Source: Pedobacter sp.
GTDB lineage: Bacteria > Desulfobacterota > Desulfuromonadia > Desulfuromonadales > Syntrophotaleaceae
NCBI GenBank assembly: GCA_050253415.1
Contig: JBFWJC010000002.1
Coordinates: 512,725-576,724 of the forward strand
Direction of reading: 5' to 3'
Length of the DNA: 64,000 nucleotides
The notes under the pieces are model-generated. The model had not been told where the DNA came from. It saw only the letters and a list, made by a program, of their open reading frames with translations, and did not search any database. Below are positions 39,468 through 49,350 of the stretch, one piece after another. How positions within the stretch are numbered: the first letter of the stretch is position 1; each line of letters opens with the position of its first letter. A program made the translations under genes and the position numbers.

Positions 39468-41312
39468 ATGCAAGTCTCCTGCATGGGCAAGCTTGCGCAG
39501 CCCCTGGCTGCGTTGGGCTTGGTCCTTATTTGCCTGGTAATCATGGATCGATCTCCTGTTTGTGCCAACCTGCTGCGCCTGCAGGGGGGGGGACGGCATC
39601 AGGTCACTCCCTTTATGGAGATTCTAAAAGATCCAGGAGGAATTTGGACCGTTGACCAAATTGCCGGGGATTCCTTTGACGGAGCATTTTTCTCCGTCGC
39701 TCATGACAGTATCAATCTTGGGGTGTCGGATGCTGTTTACTGGTTACGCTTTTCCGTGGTTGATCAGTCGGAAAAGCAGCCCGCAACCGGTCAGCCATTA
39801 TTGTGGTTGTTCGATCTGCGCTGGCCTTTTGTCAAGCAAATGGATATCTATGCTGTCTCTACCGAACCCGGGGCACAAATTCACATTGAAAAGGTCGCAT
39901 CCGGTAGTTCGGAATGTCCTGTTTTTGATGTCGTTCCGCAGCAAGGATGTCGTACCTTGTTTTATCTTCCCACCGTGATGCGAAAAGCGAAAACAATTTA
40001 CATACGCATCGTTCCCTTGGGGCATCTGGTTCTTTCACCCGTTGTAACCACGGTGAAAGGTTATCAGGATGGGTTGGCTCAAGGTATGCTGCGATCCGGG
40101 TTGCTTATCGGGGTCATCTTTGCGTTATCCCTGTGCTGTCTTATTCTGTTCACCGCCGTGCGCGAACGCAGCTATGCCTGGCTTGCGCTGGGTATATTTA
40201 TGGCAGGGGCATCTCTTGCTTTTATGCAGCCGCTTGCCGTGGCCTACCTTCTTGATATGCCGGTTGACGTGATCCATAAGGCTGCTCAATTGTTCTCCGG
40301 CGGAGCGATAATTTTTCTGGGGTGTTTCGTTCGGTCTTTCATCGGTATGCCGGCAGGTGCTGTGGGATTACGGCGGGTTGATCGATTGTTGTTGGTTTTT
40401 ATCCTTTTAGGGGTGCTTTTGATTCTGGTGGCCTCTGTCGGAAGAAGTGCGGTGCACGAGGTCGTGTTTGCTTTTTTGGCCCTGCTTGCAGGGCCCGTCA
40501 TCATGGCAGCAAGTTTAATGGCATGGCGTCAAGGTGTTCGCCGGGCACGGTTTGTTTTCATTGCAAGTGTGGTTGCCGGTGGATGCGGTTTCGGGCATAT
40601 GTTGTTTTTTGTAGGCTTACTGGAATCCACTCCTGTGCAGACGCACCTTTTTGAGCTCGGGAGTCTTTGTGGCGTGATTTTGCTGGTCTGCGCTCTGCGG
40701 GACAGAGTGCGTGCTTTGCACCGTGAACGGGAGACGCTGCGCGTTTCTGAACGACGGCATATGCTGCTGGCTTTTACCGATGCGCTGACCGGTTTGTTCA
40801 ATATGCGATATTTCCGCATCCAGCTCGATCTGGAAATCCGGCGCGCCGAACAAATGAATCAGCCATTCACTCTGATGATGATGGATATCGATAATTTCAA
40901 GTTGTTTAATGATTGTTACGGGCATCTTGAGGGGGATCGGGTGTTGCGTCATCTGGGGGGATTGGTAGGTTCAGTAGTCCGGGAGCGGGATGTGGCTTGT
41001 CGCTATGGAGGAGAAGAGTTCGCTGTTATATTGCCGGGTAGTGATCGCGACGCTGCCGTCAATATACATACACGCCTGCAACAGGCCTTGCAGCAATGGG
41101 CGCAACAGGAAAAGACGGACTTGCCGTATATGGTAACCCTCAGCGTCGGAGTGGCGGAATATCGCTCCGGCGAAACGGCCGAAGATATCATTGCCCGGGC
41201 CGATAGTGCGATGTATGCCGCGAAGCAGGGTGGCCGTGATCAACTGGTTATAAGCCAATTCGGTTATCTGGCCGAAGATAGGAAATATCAGGGTTGTTAT
41301 AGCTCGTTTTAA
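39468..41312 (+). CDS. 7TMR-DISM sensor diguanylate cyclase
   Basis: INLG..YWLRF (DISMED2), 7 TMs, DALTGLFN, RERD..RYGGEEF; start uncertain (39399-39483). Confidence 0.88.
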   Translation: MQVSCMGKLAQPLAALGLVLICLVIMDRSPVCANLLRLQGGGRHQVTPFMEILKDPGGIWTVDQIAGDSFDGAFFSVAHDSINLGVSDAVYWLRFSVVDQSEKQPATGQPLLWLFDLRWPFVKQMDIYAVSTEPGAQIHIEKVASGSSECPVFDVVPQQGCRTLFYLPTVMRKAKTIYIRIVPLGHLVLSPVVTTVKGYQDGLAQGMLRSGLLIGVIFALSLCCLILFTAVRERSYAWLALGIFMAGASLAFMQPLAVAYLLDMPVDVIHKAAQLFSGGAIIFLGCFVRSFIGMPAGAVGLRRVDRLLLVFILLGVLLILVASVGRSAVHEVVFAFLALLAGPVIMAASLMAWRQGVRRARFVFIASVVAGGCGFGHMLFFVGLLESTPVQTHLFELGSLCGVILLVCALRDRVRALHRERETLRVSERRHMLLAFTDALTGLFNMRYFRIQLDLEIRRAEQMNQPFTLMMMDIDNFKLFNDCYGHLEGDRVLRHLGGLVGSVVRERDVACRYGGEEFAVILPGSDRDAAVNIHTRLQQALQQWAQQEKTDLPYMVTLSVGVAEYRSGETAEDIIARADSAMYAAKQGGRDQLVISQFGYLAEDRKYQGCYSSF

Positions 41313-41357
41313 CGGACGAGTTTGCTGTTACCCCCTCCGACACGCAGGTAGCCCCTT

Positions 41358-42149
41358 TCACTCATCATCCGCTGCGGCAACAGCCTCCAGTGCCACGCGG
41401 ATGGCATTGTTTTGAGCGACTTGCTTCAAACTCTGATCGATAGTTTCTCCCGAGGTTCGTCCGGCCAGCACACCGCACACGCACCCTGCGGAAAAACCGT
41501 ACACCCCCGCCATTTTAAAAAGGGTTCCAGCTTCCATTTCGTAATTCAAAATGTTCAATCGGCGGTATTCCTCTGTGATTCCTACTAATTTCCTTAGCAG
41601 GTGAGGATTAGCCGAGGTCCCGGTGCGTTCCTGTCCTTCATAAAAGGTATCGACGGATGCGGTCAGACCCAGGTGGTAGGGAATATTAAGGCTGCGGGCC
41701 GCGTTGGCCAGGGCGACGGTGACAAAAGGATCGGCTGCAGCCGGGTATTCCGGTGGCGCAATATCGTTGGCGGCTCCCTGTCGGCACAGGGCGGCCTGAG
41801 AAATAACCACGCTGCCAACCTTGACATGGTCCTGAATGGATCCGCAGGTGCCGACCCGGATAATGCGGCGAATGCCCACGGCAAACAATTCATTGACGAC
41901 GATGCTCAGGGAGGGAGCGCCCATGCCGCTGGTGGCTGCCAGCAACGGTTGCCCATTGTCCAGAGCGAGCAGGTAGCTGTTCAAGCCGCGGTTTTCCGAC
42001 AGGGTTTTGCGATATTGGACACCCTCGGTTTCCATGGCGATCTGTCTTGCACGTTCCGGTGCGCCGCACAGCAGGGCGGTGGTAGGAGGGGTTGGCCCGA
42101 GATCCGCAGCCTTGAAACCTATATGGTAAAGGGGTAAACAATCAGACAT
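41358..42149 (-). CDS. udp: Uridine phosphorylase family nucleoside phosphorylase
   Basis: SGMGAPS, IRVGTCG, FYEGQER, NYEME. Confidence 0.9.
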   Translation of the reverse strand: MSDCLPLYHIGFKAADLGPTPPTTALLCGAPERARQIAMETEGVQYRKTLSENRGLNSYLLALDNGQPLLAATSGMGAPSLSIVVNELFAVGIRRIIRVGTCGSIQDHVKVGSVVISQAALCRQGAANDIAPPEYPAAADPFVTVALANAARSLNIPYHLGLTASVDTFYEGQERTGTSANPHLLRKLVGITEEYRRLNILNYEMEAGTLFKMAGVYGFSAGCVCGVLAGRTSGETIDQSLKQVAQNNAIRVALEAVAAADDE

Positions 42150-42555
42150 GCAGGTTCCTCTTGAGGAAGGCGTGAGGCAGAAAGTCCCGTAACGGGCCGG
42201 CCAGAATCAGGTCGGTATCGCATACGGCCATGATGTGGAGTTCCGGTGCGAACTCCGCCAACATCTGCAAACAGGCACCGCAAGGCGGGGTTGGGTTTTG
42301 GGTCGGGGTGAACACGACCAAAGCTGCAAAATGGCGATAGCCCTCGGATACCGCTTTTACCAGCGCCACCCGCTCGGCGCACAAGCTCAGTCCGTACGAT
42401 GCGTTTTCGACGTTGCAGCCGGTGATAATAGTGCCGTCACCGGCCAGCAGTGCGGCTCCGACGGCAAAACCACTGTAGGGGCTATAGCTATTTGCCAGCA
42501 CCTTTCGGGCGGCTTGCTCAAGACGTTGAGTTTGTTCAATGGGACTCTGCGGCAT
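42142..42555 (-). CDS. cdd: Cytidine deaminase
   Basis: YSPYSGFAVGAA, NVENASY, CAER, PCGAC. Confidence 0.95.
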   Translation of the reverse strand: MPQSPIEQTQRLEQAARKVLANSYSPYSGFAVGAALLAGDGTIITGCNVENASYGLSLCAERVALVKAVSEGYRHFAALVVFTPTQNPTPPCGACLQMLAEFAPELHIMAVCDTDLILAGPLRDFLPHAFLKRNLHV

Positions 42556-42628
42556 GACGTCCTTATCTTTTGGGAAAAGCAGGGTTGTGAATAGCTTGTG
42601 GAAAAGCCTCTTTGCCTGGGGATAAGTG

Positions 42629-44155
42629 TCAACGACACCGCCAGCGAAACCAGGCCTTTAACAGTTTTTTCAGCAGGGGTGTCAATCGAGTGCGTTGGTA
42701 ACTGTCGGCCAGTTTACGCAGGATTTCAGCCTGAGTCGGATAAGGGTGAATGGTTTTGCCAATGGCCCCCAACCCCAGCTCTGCGGAGATGGCCAGCGCC
42801 ATCTCACCGATCATCTCTCCGGCGTGCGCAGCGACGATGGTCGCACCGAGGATCTTGTCGCTGCCTTTTTTCAGGTGGACCCGTGCGAACCCCTCCGTTT
42901 CACCGTCGATCAGTGCCCGATCGACTTCTGCGAGCGGGACGGTCAAGGTGTTGACGGCGTGGCCTTGCTGTCTGGCTTCTTCCTCGTAGAGCCCCACATG
43001 GGCTACTTCGGGGGAGGTATAGGTGACCCAGGGGATGATCATGTTGCGGGTCGTCTGTCTACCGTGAAACAGCGCATTGGCGAGCAGAATGCGGGCCATG
43101 GCATCGGCCGTATGGGTAAACTTGTAGGGGGAGCAGATATCCCCGGCGGCATAAATGCGGCGGTTGCTGGTGCGCAGACGTTCGTCGACCCGGATGCCGG
43201 TTTTGGCGTCGAATGCAACCCCTGCCTGGTCCAGTCCCAGGTCGTCGACGTTGGGAGCGCGGCCGATGGCTACCAGAATCTCGTCGACCACCACATTAAG
43301 GGGACCTTCAGGAAGGTCGGCCTGAATGATTTTATCGTGATCCTGTCGGCTGATTTGCTTGGTGCGGCATTCAAAATGAATAGTGATTCCTTCACCCTTC
43401 ATAGTGTGTTCCACAATGGCGGCCGCCTCACGATCTTCGCGGGGCAGCACGCCGCTGCCGTATTCGAGTACCGTAACCTGGCTACCGAGTCGGGCGAAGG
43501 TCTGGGCCAGTTCGCAGCCGATGGGGCCGGCACCGATAATGGCAAGTCGCGGCGGCAGTTTTTGTAGATCGAAGACCGTTTCGTTGGTCAGATAGCCGGT
43601 TTCTTTCAGGCCCGGGATCGGGGGGGCGGAGGCTCGGGCGCCGGTGCAGATGGCAGCCTTGCGAAACCGCAGAGATTTACCGCCGACCGTCAAGGTGTCG
43701 GGAGAGGTGAAGCGGCCTTCACCAAAAAAGACATCCACACCCAACTCGTGTTGGAAGCGGGTGGCGCTATCATGCTGGCTGATGGTGGCCCGCACCGTTT
43801 TCATATGCGCCATGGCGGCGCTAAAGTCGGCATGGATCTTTTCTGTACCCAAGGCTCCGAACCGGTGTGCGTTGCGGGCCTCGGCCACAGCCCTTCCGCA
43901 GCGGATCAGACCCTTGGAAGGGACACAGCCAAAGTTCAGGCAGTCTCCTCCCATGCTGTGTCGCTCGATCAATGCGACCCGGGCACCGAGCCCCGCGGCT
44001 CCAGCAGCTGTCACCAGACCTGCGGAGCCGGCTCCGATCACCACCAGGTTATAGCGGGCTGCCGGGTCGGGATTTGTCCAGCTGTCAGGCCGGACGTTAT
44101 CTGCGAGAATCTGGTCGGAGGCGTTGTTCGATGTTTTTTTATGGGCGTTGAACAT
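42629..44155 (-). CDS. Pyridine nucleotide-disulfide oxidoreductase (MerA/LpdA-like)
   Basis: GAGSAG, GGDCLNFGCVPSK, GAGPIG, HPYPT; no C-terminal CC pair. Confidence 0.9.
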   Translation of the reverse strand: MFNAHKKTSNNASDQILADNVRPDSWTNPDPAARYNLVVIGAGSAGLVTAAGAAGLGARVALIERHSMGGDCLNFGCVPSKGLIRCGRAVAEARNAHRFGALGTEKIHADFSAAMAHMKTVRATISQHDSATRFQHELGVDVFFGEGRFTSPDTLTVGGKSLRFRKAAICTGARASAPPIPGLKETGYLTNETVFDLQKLPPRLAIIGAGPIGCELAQTFARLGSQVTVLEYGSGVLPREDREAAAIVEHTMKGEGITIHFECRTKQISRQDHDKIIQADLPEGPLNVVVDEILVAIGRAPNVDDLGLDQAGVAFDAKTGIRVDERLRTSNRRIYAAGDICSPYKFTHTADAMARILLANALFHGRQTTRNMIIPWVTYTSPEVAHVGLYEEEARQQGHAVNTLTVPLAEVDRALIDGETEGFARVHLKKGSDKILGATIVAAHAGEMIGEMALAISAELGLGAIGKTIHPYPTQAEILRKLADSYQRTRLTPLLKKLLKAWFRWRCR

Positions 44156-44284
44156 GCTTCCCCCTTGATTGCAAATAAGCGGTTGTCATGAAAATGCATG
44201 TTCTGAAAGTATACTGAACGAGGAACCAGATACAACGCCAGTGCAAGGATAGGTCCCGATCGGGAGGGTTTTTATCCGGGGATA

Positions 44285-44788
44285 TCAGCGTTTTTTACGA
44301 CGGAAAAGATCTGTTTTCAGACTCGATACCCGGTCCAGGAAAAGCAATCCGTCAAGGTGGTCAATTTCATGCTGCAGGGCGATGGCTTCAAACCCGCTGG
44401 CGCGAATGACCCGCTTGCTGCCGTCGCGGTCGAGGAATTGAACCACCACGCTTTCACTGCGCGTTACATTGCCCGTGTAATCGGGGACGCTCATACAACC
44501 CTCGCGGGAGGCCGTACAGCCCTCTTGTTCAATAATCAAAGGATTGACCATGACCAGCAGGCCGTGGTTGTTGTCACGTCCGAGTTTGCTGTGGGAAACA
44601 TCGACCACCACCACCCGGCGCGTGACGCCGATCTGGGGAGCTGCGACGCCCACCGAGTGGCCGGCTTCCACCATGGTGTCGATGAGATCCTGAATCAGGC
44701 TGTCGACTTCAGCATCGAGCTGTTCGACCGGAGTACAGACTTCCTTGAGTAAGGGATGCGGATAGAGAAGAATGTCCTTGGCAGCCAT
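44285..44788 (-). CDS. def: Peptide deformylase
   Basis: GVAAPQIG, EGCMS, QHEIDHLDG. Confidence 0.95.
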   Translation of the reverse strand: MAAKDILLYPHPLLKEVCTPVEQLDAEVDSLIQDLIDTMVEAGHSVGVAAPQIGVTRRVVVVDVSHSKLGRDNNHGLLVMVNPLIIEQEGCTASREGCMSVPDYTGNVTRSESVVVQFLDRDGSKRVIRASGFEAIALQHEIDHLDGLLFLDRVSSLKTDLFRRKKR

Positions 44789-44792
44789 GGCG

Positions 44793-45332
44793 TCAGAGTT
44801 CTACGGGGGTTATGGTGCGAACGGAAATGTCGACCTGCAGCTCTTTTTTCAGTCGACCAAGCACCGCAGAGAGTTCCTCGATGTCAAGGCCGGCGGGCAG
44901 AACCGCCTCAATCATCATGACGTACACCGGGTTTTGCGCCGATCCCACAAGTTTGGTGTTGAGGTCAGTAATGTTGATCTGCCGATCCCCCAGTTCTTTG
45001 ACGACGGGATAGACGATCCCCGGCTTGTCCGAACCGTAGACGGAAATCATGCAGATTTCACCGTCGATCTTTTCAGCGGTTTCTCCGCCGGGTTGCAGTT
45101 TGCGTAAAAACACCGATAGCCCATCCGCTTCAAGGGGAGCGAAGGCCGAATCAAATTCCGCCTGATCGTGCATGTCTGGATTGGACAGGATCAGGATCAT
45201 GGCGAATTGTCCGCCCAGGATGGTGCAGCTTGAGTCGGCAATGTTGCAACCGAGGCGATAGAGAATTTCCGTAACCTTGGCGACGATACCGGGGTGGTCC
45301 CGGCCGATGATGGTCAGGGCGAAATGGCTCAT
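44793..45332 (-). CDS. Tandem ACT domain protein (GcvR-like)
   Basis: GRDHPGIV..CNIADS and GSDKPGIV..INITDL. Confidence 0.88.
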   Translation of the reverse strand: MSHFALTIIGRDHPGIVAKVTEILYRLGCNIADSSCTILGGQFAMILILSNPDMHDQAEFDSAFAPLEADGLSVFLRKLQPGGETAEKIDGEICMISVYGSDKPGIVYPVVKELGDRQINITDLNTKLVGSAQNPVYVMMIEAVLPAGLDIEELSAVLGRLKKELQVDISVRTITPVEL

Positions 45333-45437
45333 GATGATTGTCCTCCGATCCGACGGTAAATGCCGGAATTAGCTTGTCCAACTGTAGAATTTTATCTAGC
45401 ATGGCTGTATCAAAATTGCCAGTGCTTTCCCGGAAAG

Positions 45438-45767
45438 ATGCCTATGCCAATGAATAAGCACGACCTGGATATTTCCTTTTTTAAGGCCAGCGGCCCTGGC
45501 GGCCAGCATCGGAACAAAACCGAAACGGCTGTTCGCATCCATCACCGCCCTAGCGGCATAACTGTCACCGCCACCGAACAGCGTTCACGTCAGGCCAACA
45601 TCGAGAAGGCTCTTGAGCGACTGACGGCGCGTCTGGCAGCCTTGCACTACAAGCCTCCCCGGCGAATACCTACCAAGCCTGGCAAGGCGGCCAAGGAGCG
45701 CCGTCTGTCCGGCAAACGACTGCTTTCCGAACGCAAGCGACAACGCCGGTCCGTGGATGGCGATTGA
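45438..45767 (+). CDS. Short GGQ peptidyl-tRNA hydrolase / ribosome rescue factor
   Basis: ASGPGGQHRNKT..SRQAN and basic tail RRIPTKP..KERRL; start among 45438/45444/45450. Confidence 0.87.
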   Translation: MPMPMNKHDLDISFFKASGPGGQHRNKTETAVRIHHRPSGITVTATEQRSRQANIEKALERLTARLAALHYKPPRRIPTKPGKAAKERRLSGKRLLSERKRQRRSVDGD

Positions 45768-45788
45768 TGCTGTGACTGCTGATTTGCC

Positions 45789-46619
45789 TCAGCTGGATTG
45801 TACCAGGGGGCTTGCACCGGGGACAAAGGGGTTGGTGCGCACCGCCAGGGAATAGAGAAACGGGTAATGGGTCAGCAGGTGCTGGGTGTAATGGAGCCAC
45901 TGGCTTGTCGCCAGCTGGTAAGCCCGGCGCACGTCGCCGGCAAGATGTTCCAGGTCACTCTCGGGAAGATGGGATAAGCTTTGTCTGTGTTGCAGCTCTT
46001 CCTTGAGGTGCAGGGTGGCGATGAGCAGGTCGGTAAAGGACTCATGTTCCAGCAGATAGGGACTCTCCAGCAGTCGTACCAGCATGGGGCCCTGGGCATT
46101 GAGCAAGGCGCGCAGGGCCGGCAGGTCGAGTTGTTCATGCCGGATTTCGAAACCATGTGCTGACACGGCTTTGTTTGCACGGTTGAAGTCAGGCGCTGTC
46201 CAGCTTCCATCGATGCCCAGGCTCTTCTGCAACAAACTCCCCTGCCGGTCAGCCCGGGCGCAATGGCCTAACAGTTCGGAGCCCGTTTCACTGAAAAACA
46301 GGCCTACGATCATCTGCAGTTTCTGTTGCCGGGTCTGATGCTCCCTGCGATTGAGAAATACTTCCGTGCCGGCGGCCAGGGTGCTGACGAAGGTTCCCAC
46401 CCCGGTGACGATAAGCACTACCGCCAGTACCTTGCCGAAAGGGGTGATCGGGGAGATATCCCCGTAGCCGACGGTGGCTATGGTCACGATGGTAAAGTAG
46501 ATGGCATCGATGGCCGACAGGTTCTCGGCAAACATGAATCCGATGGTTCCGACAATCAGTACGGCACAGAATATGGCCAGGTAGATGCGAAGGCGCAATC
46601 GTTCCTTGGCAGCATGCAT
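45789..46619 (-). CDS. Two-TM potassium channel family protein
   Basis: Selectivity filter TVGYGD. Confidence 0.88.
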   Translation of the reverse strand: MHAAKERLRLRIYLAIFCAVLIVGTIGFMFAENLSAIDAIYFTIVTIATVGYGDISPITPFGKVLAVVLIVTGVGTFVSTLAAGTEVFLNRREHQTRQQKLQMIVGLFFSETGSELLGHCARADRQGSLLQKSLGIDGSWTAPDFNRANKAVSAHGFEIRHEQLDLPALRALLNAQGPMLVRLLESPYLLEHESFTDLLIATLHLKEELQHRQSLSHLPESDLEHLAGDVRRAYQLATSQWLHYTQHLLTHYPFLYSLAVRTNPFVPGASPLVQSS

Positions 46620-46655
46620 GGTTTATCTCTCCTTGAACTTCTCTTCGACAAATAA

Positions 46656-47486
46656 TCAATAAAACAGCAACAGACCCATTACCGTCCCCAAAAAAAACAC
46701 GCCGGTGCTGCGTTGCCAACCGGCAACCGGAGCTGAGTCGCCGATTGCGTGGGGATAAAGCAGGGCGATCAAGGGGGCGGCCGCCAGCCCGAGGCTCAGC
46801 CACCGAATCATGGACGACCCGGGAATAATCAGGACCGGGATCAACAGGGTAGCGGTTGACAAGGCCAAAATCCATACAAAAATAAGCTTTTGCAGACGGG
46901 CAGGGGGAAGCCGGTGCAGTTCCGGGAAGATCCCTGCTTGGCATAAATCATGGCGACGTCGCAGCAGGATCTGCCAGCTGTGGGGGATCTGCCAGAGCAG
47001 CAGCAGGGTGGTAAGGGTGACCAGTCGGGGATCTTGCAGCCGTCCTCCAGCCGCAAGCCAACCGATGGTCGGGGGCAGGGCCCCACACAAGGCGCCGGGC
47101 AATAAAGCCAGTATGGTACGGCGTTTCATGGGGGTGTACAGGAAGTGATAAAGCAGGAAAATACTCAGGGTCAGCACGCCGCTGCGCCAGCTCAATCCGG
47201 TCAGCATTAATGTGCCGGTGGCGGCCAGACCAAGCCCCAAACCCAAGCCGGCTGAGGGGCGTAACTGTCCGGAGGCCAGGGGTCTGTACCGGGTTCTTTC
47301 CATCAGTGCATCGCTGTAGCGCTCCTGCCATTGATTCAGGACCGTGGCGCCGGTTGCTGCCAGCAACACGCCCAGACCAAGCCATGCGGCCCGCAGGTCG
47401 TAATTTCCCCCCGCTGCCATGTAGCCGACCAGCCCCGAACCGGCCACCGCGCTGCACAGCGGCAGGCGCAGCAGGCTGCGGATCAC
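46656..47486 (-). CDS. cyoE: Protoheme IX farnesyltransferase
   Basis: NQWQE..DALMERTRYRPL, YTPMKR, WQIPH. Confidence 0.9.
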   Translation of the reverse strand: MIRSLLRLPLCSAVAGSGLVGYMAAGGNYDLRAAWLGLGVLLAATGATVLNQWQERYSDALMERTRYRPLASGQLRPSAGLGLGLGLAATGTLMLTGLSWRSGVLTLSIFLLYHFLYTPMKRRTILALLPGALCGALPPTIGWLAAGGRLQDPRLVTLTTLLLLWQIPHSWQILLRRRHDLCQAGIFPELHRLPPARLQKLIFVWILALSTATLLIPVLIIPGSSMIRWLSLGLAAAPLIALLYPHAIGDSAPVAGWQRSTGVFFLGTVMGLLLFY

Positions 47487-48439
47487 GGCTGCGACTCCAT
47501 GGCTGCGGGTGTTCCGGGAAGGGCATCCTTATGAGGTTGCAGCAGATAATCGATGAGTGCCTGCAGATCCTGCTCACTGATCTTATCCGCATAAGACGGC
47601 ATCACGGCAGCGTATCCCTGTACCACCTGGCTGGTCGGTTCGAGGATGCTGCTTTTGACGTAATCCCGGCCGATGGTCAGGGAGGTATCCGGAGGGGTGG
47701 CAAAGACCCGGCTTGCGCCCTCGGTCAGATGCGCAAAACTTGGTCCGACCCGGGCGCTGCCGTCCAGGGAATGGCACGCCAGACAACCGTACTGGTCAAG
47801 CAGTTGCCTGCCCTTGACGGGGCCGGCGGCAGGTTGGGCATTTTGCAGCCATGCTTCGAAATCGGCGGCGGGTAGAACCTCCACGGTGGTAATCATGCTG
47901 GCATGGGCGAGCCCGCAGTACTCGGTGCAGAACAGATCGAAGGTGCCGGTTTCCGGAGTCTGAAACCAGACGTGGGTAGTCATGCCCGGCACGGCATCTT
48001 TTTTAATCCGAAAGGCCGGGATGTAAAGACTGTGCAGCACGTCCTCGGAGACAATGTCGATGCGGATAGCACGTTTTGCCGGTACCACCAGTTTGGGGCT
48101 GGTGCGCCCCCCGGGATAGACGAAACTCCAGGACCACTGGCGAGCGACCGCCTGTACGGGCAAGGCATCCGGCGGCACGTTGGCCAGAGACAGATAACCC
48201 TTCCAGCCGTACCAGAACATGGTCAGCACGATAAGGGTGGGGATCAGGGTCCAGGTGATCTCCAGCCACAGGCAGGAGCTCGGGATCTCTTTGGGCTGTG
48301 GCTGGCGACTGCGGTGAAAACGGATGGCGAATGCCACCATGACACCGGTTATAAGGACCAGCATCGCCAGGCTGATGCCGAAAATATACAGAAAAACCTT
48401 ATCCACCGCCTCGGCGGTATCAAGCCACGTTGGGGTCAC
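47483..48439 (-). CDS. coxB: Cytochrome c oxidase subunit II with fused cytochrome c
   Basis: DVLHS, CuA motif CTEYCGLAHASM, CLACH. Confidence 0.95.
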   Translation of the reverse strand: MTPTWLDTAEAVDKVFLYIFGISLAMLVLITGVMVAFAIRFHRSRQPQPKEIPSSCLWLEITWTLIPTLIVLTMFWYGWKGYLSLANVPPDALPVQAVARQWSWSFVYPGGRTSPKLVVPAKRAIRIDIVSEDVLHSLYIPAFRIKKDAVPGMTTHVWFQTPETGTFDLFCTEYCGLAHASMITTVEVLPAADFEAWLQNAQPAAGPVKGRQLLDQYGCLACHSLDGSARVGPSFAHLTEGASRVFATPPDTSLTIGRDYVKSSILEPTSQVVQGYAAVMPSYADKISEQDLQALIDYLLQPHKDALPGTPAAMESQP

Positions 48440-48448
48440 GAAAGCCTC

Positions 48449-48733
48449 TCAGCGATAAAGGGTATCGAAAAACGTCAGGCCGATGAAGGTCGCCAGGGTC
48501 GCGAGGGCAACCAGCAGCGAAATCCGGATCATGCGTCCTTCATTTTTTAAGTGCATGAAAAAGAAGATGACCAGTGCCGCTTTGCTCGTCGCGATGCCCA
48601 GGGCCGCCCAGATGTTGAACGCACCCAGATGAATTCGAGAGATGCCGACGGTGGCGGCCGTCAGGCACAGCAGCAGTACCCATATCGCGGTTAACTGACG
48701 CATGGCGCCGGTATGTTGGGTGTCGTTGTGCAC
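48449..48733 (-). CDS. coxD: Cytochrome c oxidase subunit IV
   Basis: KAALVIFFFMHLK. Confidence 0.88.
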   Translation of the reverse strand: MHNDTQHTGAMRQLTAIWVLLLCLTAATVGISRIHLGAFNIWAALGIATSKAALVIFFFMHLKNEGRMIRISLLVALATLATFIGLTFFDTLYR

Positions 48734-48744
48734 TGTGAGCCCTC

Positions 48745-49350
48745 CTACAGCAGCAGGTAGTACAAGGGAAAGATGAAAATCCAGATCACATCCACCAGAT
48801 GCCAGTAAAGGGCGCCGTTTTCGAGAACAGTCGGCAATTCGGCGGTAATGCGTCCCTGACGAACCAGGGCCAGTACCCAGGTCAGGATCACCCCCCCGAT
48901 GAATACGTGCAGACCGTGCAGGCCGGTGGTCAGATAGTAAAGGCCGAAAAACAGCTCATGGCCGACCGGAGCCTGGCGCAATGTGGGAGACCCCGGATAA
49001 AGACCATGCTGGAACTTGGCGTGCCATTCCAGCCCCTTGTTGATCAGGAACAGCAGGGCCGCCAGCACGGTGAAACTCAGCAGGGACTGACAAAGGCGCA
49101 GACGGTTACGGCGCAGCGCTTCCAGGGCAAGGGCCACGGTCAGGCTGCTGGTCAGTAGCAGGACGGTATTGCCGGTGCCGAAGTACAGGTTCAATTCCCT
49201 GCCGCCGTCGGCGAATTCAGCGGGGTAGCGTTGCAGGTACACGGCAAAGATCACGAACAGGCCGCCGAATAGCAGCAATTCCGAAAACAGGAACAGCCAC
49301 ATGCCCAATCGCGAACTTTCCGCATCTTGATGCTGGGTCGATGGTTTCAT
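48745..49350 (-). CDS. coxC: Cytochrome c oxidase subunit III
   Basis: GMWLFLFSE, TGLHGLHV, LYWHLVD. Confidence 0.93.
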   Translation of the reverse strand: MKPSTQHQDAESSRLGMWLFLFSELLLFGGLFVIFAVYLQRYPAEFADGGRELNLYFGTGNTVLLLTSSLTVALALEALRRNRLRLCQSLLSFTVLAALLFLINKGLEWHAKFQHGLYPGSPTLRQAPVGHELFFGLYYLTTGLHGLHVFIGGVILTWVLALVRQGRITAELPTVLENGALYWHLVDVIWIFIFPLYYLLL

